IMG/VR virus record: IMGVR_UViG_3300021082_000023
Coordinates: 794-64,793 of that record
Source of the DNA: a virus
Lineage: Duplodnaviria > Caudoviricetes
Direction: 5' to 3' (one strand)
Length of the DNA: 64,000 nucleotides
Shown here piece after piece: positions 9,091 through 16,898 of the stretch (positions are counted from its first letter, which is position 1; every line of letters starts with the position of its first letter). The position numbers were made by a program, and so were the translations under genes. The notes beneath the pieces were generated by a model that worked only from the letters and a program-made list of their open reading frames with translations, had not been told where the DNA came from and did no database searches.

Positions 9091-10317
9091 TTAGTTCACC
9101 CCCATGGCTTCGCGCTGAAGCTGATTACGCATCGGGACGAGGATGTCCTGTGCTCGTGTTTTCGCTTCGGCACTGAGCGTGAAGTCATCCCTGATCTTCT
9201 GGATTGCTGCATTCAGGCCTTCCACGCTGAGATCGCCTTCGCTGGCTGAATCTGGAACGAACCGCTTGACGGTTTCCAGCTGGGCTGCGGAATAGGTCTG
9301 CCGTTGCCCAGTACCTGCGGGAGCGTCTGGGCCTATCCCTGCGGCCTTGAACGCTGCAGTGATTGCGGTTGCCGTCGCCGTACCGATGGTTTCAGCCAGC
9401 TTTTCGGCAGTCAGTGTCGCCGGCTGCTGGGTGATGGCGGGCGCCGGATCCGTCCGGGGCTTCACTGCGGCTTCAAGCGCAGCGAAGCGAGTTTCGTATC
9501 CTTCCTGAGTCGTATTCAGCTTCGTGACCGAAGCAGTCAACGGCTCCAGTGCCTTGGCAATTGCCGCGGCGAGTTGCTCTGGCGTCATTTCAATCTCTCC
9601 TGAGGGTTGTCCTGACGGCGTGCTGCTTGTGCTGGTACCGGCTGGAAGGGTTGGCTTGTCGTTCGCCGAAGACGATGCTGTAAATGCTGCGATCTTGGCG
9701 AGTCGGGTGGCCGCGAGGTTGGTGTAGTAATATGCTGCTTTTTCGCGGCGTAACACAGTGGCACCGCGCCACTGAAAATCATCGAGAACAAGGACGGTTT
9801 CACCCGGGCACATTTCGGTATCGAGATGCCCGGGCGCTTCTTTCAAGTCATAACTGAAACCGAGTTCACCGCTTCGCGCCCTGTCGATGATCTTGGCGAT
9901 GAGTTCGGTATTGTCCCGCTTGTCGAAAAATCCCGATGCGCGGACTTCGTGATATTCGCTGAACCGGATGCGCTCCATGTAGGCGTCGACAAACTGGCCG
10001 ACGACGACACTTCCCTCGTGGGTATCGAGTTCTTCGGCGGCAAAGACGCCCTTACCCATGAGTTCGCCCACGCGCGCGCGCATGACCTTTTCGGGGATGA
10101 AGATGCGAAGCGGCCCAATGGCTTTATTGTTTTCGTCGGTGATGACTTCGGTACCGCCGACACAACCGTCGCTGACATAATTGGCGAGCGTGACGGTGGC
10201 GAGAAAGGGCTGCTTGGTCAGATCCGAGGATGCCGCGGAAAGCTCAAACGGGAGTTCGGTAAATTGCAGACTGATCGTGATGGGGATTCGAACGCCAGCC
10301 ACATTGACAAGCTTCAT
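9091..10317 (-). CDS. Prohead protease/scaffold protein
   Basis: N-terminal globular domain (GFSYDL), low-complexity linker, helical C-terminus; directly upstream of the capsid gene. Confidence 0.65.
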   Translation of the reverse strand: MKLVNVAGVRIPITISLQFTELPFELSAASSDLTKQPFLATVTLANYVSDGCVGGTEVITDENNKAIGPLRIFIPEKVMRARVGELMGKGVFAAEELDTHEGSVVVGQFVDAYMERIRFSEYHEVRASGFFDKRDNTELIAKIIDRARSGELGFSYDLKEAPGHLDTEMCPGETVLVLDDFQWRGATVLRREKAAYYYTNLAATRLAKIAAFTASSSANDKPTLPAGTSTSSTPSGQPSGEIEMTPEQLAAAIAKALEPLTASVTKLNTTQEGYETRFAALEAAVKPRTDPAPAITQQPATLTAEKLAETIGTATATAITAAFKAAGIGPDAPAGTGQRQTYSAAQLETVKRFVPDSASEGDLSVEGLNAAIQKIRDDFTLSAEAKTRAQDILVPMRNQLQREAMGVN

Positions 10318-10484
10318 GCGGTCTCCTTTTTCATCCAGCCCTTACCAGCGCATTTCTCGCACTTCACCGGGATCCCTTTCGCCAGGGTGAGTCCGCTGCC
10401 GTAGCACGTCCGACACGTGACGCAGTCGTTGCAGTTCGGGTACGGACCTTCCCATTTCGGGTTGAGGCATCGTTTGCACGCCAT
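10314..10484 (-). CDS. Small Cys-rich protein (DnaJ-type CxxCxGxG repeats)
   Basis: CRTCYGSG and CEKCAGKG; start overlaps the upstream stop (TGATG). Confidence 0.55.
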   Translation of the reverse strand: MACKRCLNPKWEGPYPNCNDCVTCRTCYGSGLTLAKGIPVKCEKCAGKGWMKKETA

Positions 10485-11113
10485 CAGAGAACTTGCACCT
10501 CGTGACAACCGTTGTTCACACCCGGCGTTCCCATGCGGGAGACGCGCAAGTGCTGGGCTTCGATGCTGGGGATCAGGTGGATGGGAAGATCAGCTTGCTG
10601 AAGTGAGTAGCAGAAAGAAATGTCTTGGCCGCCATATTGCTTCTGTTCGGCTGTCGGTTTCAAGAGTTGTTTGTGGCCGTCGCGCTCAATCGTGAAACAG
10701 TTGGTGGTGAACCAGGGGTACGGCAAGCGCCGGAAAACATCGGCGGCGACCAGCGTGCAGCCCAATCCACAGAACAAAACCCTGCCGGATTCGTCCTGAT
10801 GAACAGACCGGTTCCCACCGACGAGGTTGTAGTCCAGGCATTGAACCGGATCGTCTGTGGTGCGATTGAGAAAGTCCGCAGAGGGGACATTGTCCTCCTC
10901 GATAAACCAAATCCATTCGACAGCCGGACTGATCAAGATGCTGCGCACGATGAAGTTCTGTGCTTCGGGGATGGGCTCGTCATGAGTATAGCGAACCTTC
11001 CAGCCGTCCCACATTTCCAGAAAATCTGTGACGGCCTGCATCGTTCGCGAATGCACCAGCCCGCGCGAGCAAATGGCAATCACGCCGTGCAGCGTCTCTC
11101 TCGGTGAATTCAT
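10484..11113 (-). CDS. GT-A-fold glycosyltransferase-like protein
   Basis: WFIEEDNV, GLGCTLVAADVFRRLPYPWF, GGQDISFC; paralog of 4225-4884. Confidence 0.6.
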   Translation of the reverse strand: MNSPRETLHGVIAICSRGLVHSRTMQAVTDFLEMWDGWKVRYTHDEPIPEAQNFIVRSILISPAVEWIWFIEEDNVPSADFLNRTTDDPVQCLDYNLVGGNRSVHQDESGRVLFCGLGCTLVAADVFRRLPYPWFTTNCFTIERDGHKQLLKPTAEQKQYGGQDISFCYSLQQADLPIHLIPSIEAQHLRVSRMGTPGVNNGCHEVQVL

Positions 11114-11295
11114 GGAGTGATCCGAATCACCGCGGCCGCTTCGGTGTCTTCGTGTTCCGCAATCAGCGCTTTCATGTCATCGACAGCCTTCTGGTGCATC
11201 TTGATCGCATCCTCGTGGGCAGCAACCGACGCTTTCATTTTGCTGAGATTCTTTTTCGAGAGCGCCTTGCCTACCGCTTCCAGCTTGTCGTTCAT
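11110..11295 (-). CDS. Small helical hypothetical protein
   Basis: 61 aa, ATGA-coupled at both ends. Confidence 0.5.
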   Translation of the reverse strand: MNDKLEAVGKALSKKNLSKMKASVAAHEDAIKMHQKAVDDMKALIAEHEDTEAAAVIRITP

Positions 11296-11450
11296 GAGTC
11301 CTTCTTGGCTTTCACCGAGGAATGCGAACGCACGCCGGTGACCTGGTGAAAGTGCACCAAGTGAACGTAAGGTTTCTTGGAGCTGGAGACTTCGCCGGAG
11401 TACTCCGCGCGAATCGGCTCGGGCTTTTTGGTTTCTTGTTGTTCGTTCAT
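11292..11450 (-). CDS. Small hypothetical protein (52 aa)
   Basis: AAGGAG RBS; MNEQQETKKPEP...; stop overlaps the next ATG. Confidence 0.45.
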   Translation of the reverse strand: MNEQQETKKPEPIRAEYSGEVSSSKKPYVHLVHFHQVTGVRSHSSVKAKKDS

Positions 11451-11568
11451 TTCAGAACGCTCCTTCTCAAACAGATTTGGAATCCGTGATGTCGGGTTGA
11501 GGTGAGAAGAGCTTCTGTATGTGCCGTGAGGCGAGCGGGAGGAGAGAAGTGCGGGACTGTGTTTTTAT

Positions 11569-11799
11569 TTACTCAATAATCTCCAGCGAAAACCGGCGCT
11601 TGTACTTCATGCCGCACGCACTCAGCAGTAACCGCATCGCCGCAGCCGTGCGTCCCTGCTTGCCAATCACTTTACCCACATCCATGCTGTGAACCGACAA
11701 TTCGAATACCGTCGACTGAGCGCCATCGTTCTGCTTCACCGACACCTGATCCGGATGATCGACAAGAGCTTTTGCCATATCTTCAATGAGCTGCTTCAT
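11569..11799 (-). CDS. khpA: KH-domain RNA-binding protein KhpA (YlqC/UPF0109)
   Basis: MKQLIEDMAKALVDHPDQV...DVGKVIGKQGRTAAAMR...RFSLEIIE; GxxG loop; AGGAG RBS. Confidence 0.9.
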   Translation of the reverse strand: MKQLIEDMAKALVDHPDQVSVKQNDGAQSTVFELSVHSMDVGKVIGKQGRTAAAMRLLLSACGMKYKRRFSLEIIE

Positions 11800-11814
11800 G
11801 ATGTTCTCCTCTTT

Positions 11815-12570
11815 TTACTGCCACTGTTCGACTTCATCTTTCGGGACGTACAGCGCCACGCAACGGCAATTGGCGATCTCCTCAATGGGGCCTTCCTCCC
11901 ATAGCGGATAGAGCATGCCGTTGGAGAACGTCTCCTCCATTCCCACCGCTTCCCCCTGGATTTGATGGGACTCCCGAACCTTGTCGTCCTTCGAATTCGA
12001 CCAGACCTTCATGAGATCCAGTTCTGTCATTTGCGCATTCACGTAGTCGCCGCGTCCTGCCGCGATCCCGGTCTCGACCTGCGCAATCAATTCGGACCGG
12101 GATTTCCCCATCTCATCGAACAATTCGCGGATGGCTTTCGCCGTCTCCTCGATCGACTGACCCTCCTGAATTCCCAGCGCAATGTGCTGGGACACGCGCT
12201 TTAGGGTGGTCTCTGCAATGTCGACCTGGATCTTCGCCGTTCGACTCGCGGCGAAAGCCACCGCTTCCTCGTTGAACAATTCCAAGTCGATGCGGACGCC
12301 CAGATCGTGCAGGCCGGCATTCGACTTGGTACCCGTCAACTTCATTGCCCCTTTGATCTTGGCCCGCAAGACGCGGTTCCATTCCGAACTGGTTTCATCG
12401 AGAACTTTCCGGACGGAAATCAGAATCGGTGCCTGATCCCCGGGATTCAGGCTGTCCGTCGGGGTACGTTTCGATGCGGTTAATCCGGTCATCGTCTCCG
12501 CAATCATGCGGCCCTGCTTTTGAAACAATCCCTTGAGCTTCTTTGTGAATCCACGTTCATACGCGATCAA
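11815..12570 (-). CDS. Head morphogenesis protein (Mu gpF / SPP1 gp7 family)
   Basis: RSELIAQVET, KVWSNSKDDKVRESH, NCRC motifs; start uncertain (see the A9 run). Confidence 0.85.
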   Translation of the reverse strand: MIAYERGFTKKLKGLFQKQGRMIAETMTGLTASKRTPTDSLNPGDQAPILISVRKVLDETSSEWNRVLRAKIKGAMKLTGTKSNAGLHDLGVRIDLELFNEEAVAFAASRTAKIQVDIAETTLKRVSQHIALGIQEGQSIEETAKAIRELFDEMGKSRSELIAQVETGIAAGRGDYVNAQMTELDLMKVWSNSKDDKVRESHQIQGEAVGMEETFSNGMLYPLWEEGPIEEIANCRCVALYVPKDEVEQWQ

Positions 12571-12608
12571 CTTTGCCTGGCGCTGCTGCTGGTACTGATC
12601 CAGCGTCT

Positions 12609-14003
12609 TTACGCTTTTTTTTTACGAGCGGCCGTCAGCATGGCCAATGAGGCCTTTGCTGTTTTGGTTTCCGGAATCGGATCACCGTTCTCATCCACTG
12701 CTGGGGCTCCTCCGCCGGATCCCATCCCAAATTGCGCCGTGAATTCGCTGTACGACATATCGTCGGTGCCATCGTCGGGCGCATCGTAACCGAGAGCCTT
12801 CCGGTATTCTCCGCGCGTGATTCCGTTCGAGCGCCACTGCTTGGTCGCCAAATCGGTCTGTTCCTTCTCATCCCACGGGTCGATGTTCGTGTATTTGTAT
12901 TCAAGCTCGAGAATCTTCGGATCTTTGGCAAGGGCGGCAATGCGCGGAATCAGCCGGCGCGTCACCCGGGACTGCAACGCGATCGCGTAAGGCCGGATGG
13001 CTTCTTCGATACTGGCGGCCTGACTGACTTCTCCCTGGCCGCGGTTGACATCGCGCTCGATACCGAAGTCCTGCGGTTTCAATTTGAAAACGTAGGCCAG
13101 GATGCGAATCAACGTTTCCTGATATTTGAGGTAAAGCCCTTCGTCGGTGATGGCCTTCAGCTGAATGGATTTGGGATCGTCCATTCCGCCGACCAGTCCG
13201 GGTTTGCCGCGACCATCCAGATCGTTTTTCCAATACAGGGCGAACCGATCCATCAGGGTTTGATCCGCGGTATTGCCCAACGAAATCAGAAATGCCGGGT
13301 ACGCTTCCGAGGCCACACTCGCCTGATAGCTGGTGAGCTTCAGGTAGGCTTCCATCAACCCTATGGCGACTTCCATCGACGACAGCCCATAACTGACGCT
13401 CGTGCGCCGATTCATGATGATGACTTCGAGTTGAGAGTTCAGGAGTCCGATGGGTTTCCCCGTGCCGGTCTGCTGCGCCCATCGCGGCTTCTTCGGATCT
13501 CCATCCCAGGCGATCGTGCGCTCAATGCTCCACCCCGGGACCGGTACCAGGCTGAGCAGGTTGTTGGGCATCGGCGCCGGCGTGGGAGACTCGACGTATT
13601 CCCAACACTGCGTATCGAACACACACCCATCATTGATCAACTGACGCACGACGGTCGGCCAGTCTTCATCTTCGATGTTTGGGTTGTCGAGCACGATGTT
13701 GACCGCGTCGATCTGCTTCGAGTAATCGGTGCCGTTGTCCGCGAACGCTTCCATCGGTCCGACTTTGTATTCCAGGGATGCCACCTTGTCGACGATGAGG
13801 CTGATGGCGCGGTTGGGTAGCGGCGACTCGGAAAGCTTGAGCATCGATCTCCAGTCGCGGCGCAGCTTGCGGGATTCGGCGTTCCCGCGCGTGCGGGTGT
13901 AGCCACCGAAGTTCATCATCTGGCTGGGAACCGTCACGCGCTCAGCGGCCTCCACCCTCGGGAGCGGGGCCACCAGACCGAAACGCTCTAAGATTTCTCG
14001 CAA
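12609..14003 (-). CDS. Portal protein
   Basis: 464 aa between TerL and gpF; YGLSSMEVA and ILAYVFKLKPQDFG motifs. Confidence 0.85.
   Translation of the reverse strand: MREILERFGLVAPLPRVEAAERVTVPSQMMNFGGYTRTRGNAESRKLRRDWRSMLKLSESPLPNRAISLIVDKVASLEYKVGPMEAFADNGTDYSKQIDAVNIVLDNPNIEDEDWPTVVRQLINDGCVFDTQCWEYVESPTPAPMPNNLLSLVPVPGWSIERTIAWDGDPKKPRWAQQTGTGKPIGLLNSQLEVIIMNRRTSVSYGLSSMEVAIGLMEAYLKLTSYQASVASEAYPAFLISLGNTADQTLMDRFALYWKNDLDGRGKPGLVGGMDDPKSIQLKAITDEGLYLKYQETLIRILAYVFKLKPQDFGIERDVNRGQGEVSQAASIEEAIRPYAIALQSRVTRRLIPRIAALAKDPKILELEYKYTNIDPWDEKEQTDLATKQWRSNGITRGEYRKALGYDAPDDGTDDMSYSEFTAQFGMGSGGGAPAVDENGDPIPETKTAKASLAMLTAARKKKA
12615..12623 (-). other. A9 run at the portal stop; possible slippage site joining portal to gpF
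   Basis: CGT AAA AAA AAA GCG TAA; the -1 frame is open from the run into gpF. Confidence 0.4.
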
Positions 14004-14006
14004 GAG

Positions 14007-14234
14007 CTACGCCACCTTTTTCAAGCGATTGGACAACGCTATTCCGATGTGACCGAACCCGGAACCCAGGAGGAGTACAGCTTCGAGGAGAAGTACCAGA
14101 GGCCAGAAGAGCATGATCAGACCAAGGGTTGTCGCCTGCTTTGGAGGGTTCATCACGAGGATGTACGCCACCAAAAACAAGCTTCCGATCAGACAGTACA
14201 ACAAGACGTCCAGAACGTAGAGCAATAATTCCAT
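14007..14234 (-). CDS. Small membrane protein
   Basis: Two hydrophobic segments. Confidence 0.5.
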   Translation of the reverse strand: MELLLYVLDVLLYCLIGSLFLVAYILVMNPPKQATTLGLIMLFWPLVLLLEAVLLLGSGFGHIGIALSNRLKKVA

Positions 14235-14258
14235 TCCCGAGCCTTCCTTTCGACGGCG

Positions 14259-15731
14259 CTAAGCCATCACGACAATTTTCCGTTTCCGAATCTGAGACAG
14301 CGCCTGCGACATCGCATCGACATCATCGTCATGCGCCCCACTGGGAAATGAGGCGTGCTGCTCGATGAAATCGTGGACCCAGCCGAGCGGCACAAACACA
14401 CCCTGGGCGTTCTTCTTACCCGGCAAATAAACGTTGTGGGCTTCCACATCTCCGGACACAGCATGGGCCCGGGCGACTTTGCCACCTTCCGGCTCAACGG
14501 GAATCATCCCGGAAATTTCCAATTTCAGATCGTCAATGATTGCCGAGCCGTTGGCCTTGTCTTCGATAAACTTCTTGTGGGCCTTGGGATGCTTTGCCGA
14601 CAGCGTTCGAATCGCCGCCTTGGTTTCTCCAAAGGTCATGCGCGCGTTGACCCGATCGACCAAATACTTTCGAGCGCCCAGCCTGCCCCACACATGCCCG
14701 GCCACGAAATCCGAGTCACTGGTTTTCTTGAACGTGCAATCCCAACTCTGGACCAGCTCCTCGAAATCACCGTCCTCGATCGAGTCCGGATCATAGAAGC
14801 GCCAGTCATCCCGCTTGAACACTCCGCCGCCTGCGGGAGAAGGACGCTGCTGATAGAGAGCGGCCCACTGGTAGCTGTTGATGACACCGCCATCACGGAT
14901 GGACAAAAGTGTTTCGAGTGAGAATCGTTCCACGCTCAACGGTTCGCCGATCTTGCGGTGGGGCTCGTCGACCTCGGCGAGTGCCGGAAAGTTGAGCACC
15001 TTCCATCGGCCCTTCTCGCGGTCCTGCAATCTCCCGATGACGTCATCCATATGCCAGCGTGTCTGCATCACAATCGCGCCACCGCCCTCCTGAAGACGCG
15101 GCAATGCGGCCGTTGCAACGATATTCCAGCAACTCTCGCGGATGGTTTCCGACATCGCCTCGTCGAAATCTTTAAGTAGATCGTCAACGATAACGACGTT
15201 CGCGGGGCGACCCGGGATACCGCCGGTGCGGCCAACGGCTCGATAGGTCCCTCCGTCGGAAGCGACAATATGGAATTCTTCCGCCGACCGTTTATAGCGA
15301 TTACTTTTCGCGTTCTCCGCAAGAATTCGCGTTGCTGGAAAGATTGCGGAATATTCCGGCGTATCGATGATCCTCTGAGTGTCACGGCTGAAACTTTGTG
15401 CGAGATCTGCGGAATAGGCGATGCCGACAATGTGTAGACTGGGATTCTTCCCGAATGCAAATGCAGGAAACCGACGACTCGTCAGTTCGGATTTCCCAAA
15501 CTGAGGTGGCGCGGTGAGAATCAGGCGCGGTGATCGTTTCTCTAAAACGTCTTCCAGGAACTGATCGAGCGCTGCCGCCACTCCTCGATGAAACCACCCG
15601 GCCCTATACGATGGCTTCGTCCGCAGCGTGAAATCAATCAGGCTGCGGCGCGCCAGTTCATCATCAATCTCGTCAAGTGTGGCGTCGCGCAGTTTTGGCT
15701 TTGAGGGCCCGGTACTGTAGGAGCTCTTCAT
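14259..15731 (-). CDS. terL: Terminase large subunit
   Basis: APPQFGKS (Walker A), VIVDD (Walker B), QSWD and HDDDVDA nuclease motifs; start uncertain, overlaps terS. Confidence 0.92.
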   Translation of the reverse strand: MKSSYSTGPSKPKLRDATLDEIDDELARRSLIDFTLRTKPSYRAGWFHRGVAAALDQFLEDVLEKRSPRLILTAPPQFGKSELTSRRFPAFAFGKNPSLHIVGIAYSADLAQSFSRDTQRIIDTPEYSAIFPATRILAENAKSNRYKRSAEEFHIVASDGGTYRAVGRTGGIPGRPANVVIVDDLLKDFDEAMSETIRESCWNIVATAALPRLQEGGGAIVMQTRWHMDDVIGRLQDREKGRWKVLNFPALAEVDEPHRKIGEPLSVERFSLETLLSIRDGGVINSYQWAALYQQRPSPAGGGVFKRDDWRFYDPDSIEDGDFEELVQSWDCTFKKTSDSDFVAGHVWGRLGARKYLVDRVNARMTFGETKAAIRTLSAKHPKAHKKFIEDKANGSAIIDDLKLEISGMIPVEPEGGKVARAHAVSGDVEAHNVYLPGKKNAQGVFVPLGWVHDFIEQHASFPSGAHDDDVDAMSQALSQIRKRKIVVMA

Positions 15732-16077
15732 TGCTGAGTTGGGAGAGGTCTTCCGTGTTGACCTGGATGGGCGGCCCGTCTGTAGTTCCGCTGAGTTCGA
15801 TTCGCTGATTGGGCTTGCCTTCAATGCGGTCTCCAATTTCGCGGATGGCGCCGACGTCCTTGGCATCAATACCCACCTCGAACACCAGCACGTGCGCCAG
15901 CTTGTCCGCCACAGTCGGATTGGAGCCGAGTCTCTTTTTTTGTTTCGAATTGAATTTGCGATTCAAGATGCGGCGAATCGCATCCGACAGCGGCTGCTTG
16001 GGACGGCCGGAAGGGTTCCCCGACTGACCCGGCTTCCAGGGCTTTAGATTTTCCAAGTTTTGGCCTCGAGAACTCAT
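15673..16077 (-). CDS. terS: Terminase small subunit (DUF5681-like)
   Basis: WKPGQSGNPSGRPK motif; directly upstream of terL. Confidence 0.8.
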   Translation of the reverse strand: MSSRGQNLENLKPWKPGQSGNPSGRPKQPLSDAIRRILNRKFNSKQKKRLGSNPTVADKLAHVLVFEVGIDAKDVGAIREIGDRIEGKPNQRIELSGTTDGPPIQVNTEDLSQLSNEELLQYRALKAKTARRHT

Positions 16078-16112
16078 GCATGGATATTAAACCTTGGGTG
16101 CAAGCGCGGCAT

Positions 16113-16604
16113 TTATTCGCCATCCCTTTCCGACGATTGTATTGCGCGTATCAAGCTCGGCGCTGTCTTCTGAATCAGCCGGAAGATTGGCCGCTCTTTG
16201 GCAATCAACGCCTGACGCATCTGCGCGCGCTCCAGCTTTTGCGCGTGTCGCACTTTCTGAGATTCCGTAAGCAGCCCAACGTTGGTATTGGTGCCAAGAA
16301 TTACGGCACGTGTTGTCAGGTCTTTTGATTTTCGAAGATACTGTCCCATCACTTCGTGGTTCTGTGACGCGGGGATGATCTCGAATGCCTGCCCGTTGTG
16401 GCCCTGCCCTGAAAGAAAGAAGCCTTCGCGTTCAAGCTCACGACGAATCCTTGAGACGTCCACTCCAAATCGAATTGACTTGATTGGTACCGACAGCTCC
16501 GCCTCGAAGAAATCGGCAGTGAATACGGACCCGTATTCGATTCCAATTTTCCTCATGCTGTCGAGGCAGTTCTTCCAGAGCGGGAGTCGGCGAACTTCAA
16601 TCAT
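16113..16604 (-). CDS. Putative partner protein of the RAMP/array locus (possible winged helix plus helical tail)
   Basis: GGAGG RBS just after the array B hairpin; 163 aa; LPLWK...YG...IRRELEREGFFL...G. Confidence 0.65.
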   Translation of the reverse strand: MIEVRRLPLWKNCLDSMRKIGIEYGSVFTADFFEAELSVPIKSIRFGVDVSRIRRELEREGFFLSGQGHNGQAFEIIPASQNHEVMGQYLRKSKDLTTRAVILGTNTNVGLLTESQKVRHAQKLERAQMRQALIAKERPIFRLIQKTAPSLIRAIQSSERDGE

Positions 16605-16624
16605 ATTGCCTCCAAATTAAAACT

Positions 16625-16750
16625 ATTCGGGGGCCGAAGCCCCCGAATGAGATTGCTGAGCTACGCTGAGCTCGGCAAAGCGCAGCGGCGGGGCTCTGCG
16701 CGGAGCAGCGACGCGCGATGCTATGCGAAGGAGCGCGGCGTGCTGGAAAT
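16625..16750 (-). ncRNA. Periodic RNA array B: (NN-NGC)n, CAGCAATC, UUCG hairpin
   Basis: 5-nt period; 13 of the first 17 triplets are GCN on the + strand (NGC in the RNA); ATTCGGGGGC-TTCG-GCCCCCGAAT at 16625-16648. Confidence 0.8.
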
Positions 16751-16779
16751 CGAACAATAATCTATTAGTCATGGTGCTC

Positions 16780-16898
16780 TCCCGGGAATAATCCCGGGAT
16801 GTGATTGCTGGGCAACACTACGCACTGCTAGGGCCTGCTGGGCACTGAGACGCTGCGCTCCGCTCTGCAGTGCCGCGCATAGTCGTGAACTCGAAACA
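16780..16898 (-). ncRNA. Periodic RNA array A: (NN-WGC)n, CAGCAATC, hairpin
   Basis: 5-nt period; 12 of the first 15 triplets are GCN on the + strand; TCCCGGGA-TTAT-TCCCGGGA at 16780-16799; begins right after the RAMP stop codon. Confidence 0.8.

Noticed and set aside
15732-15869. Longer TerL start or a TerS-TerL frameshift fusion
   Set aside because: The extension overlaps terS with no conserved-looking sequence, and no slippery site is evident; the start is left uncertain
16625-16898. Canonical CRISPR array
   Set aside because: No 25-40 bp direct repeats with spacers; the only shared long element is 8 bp, and the period is 5 nt
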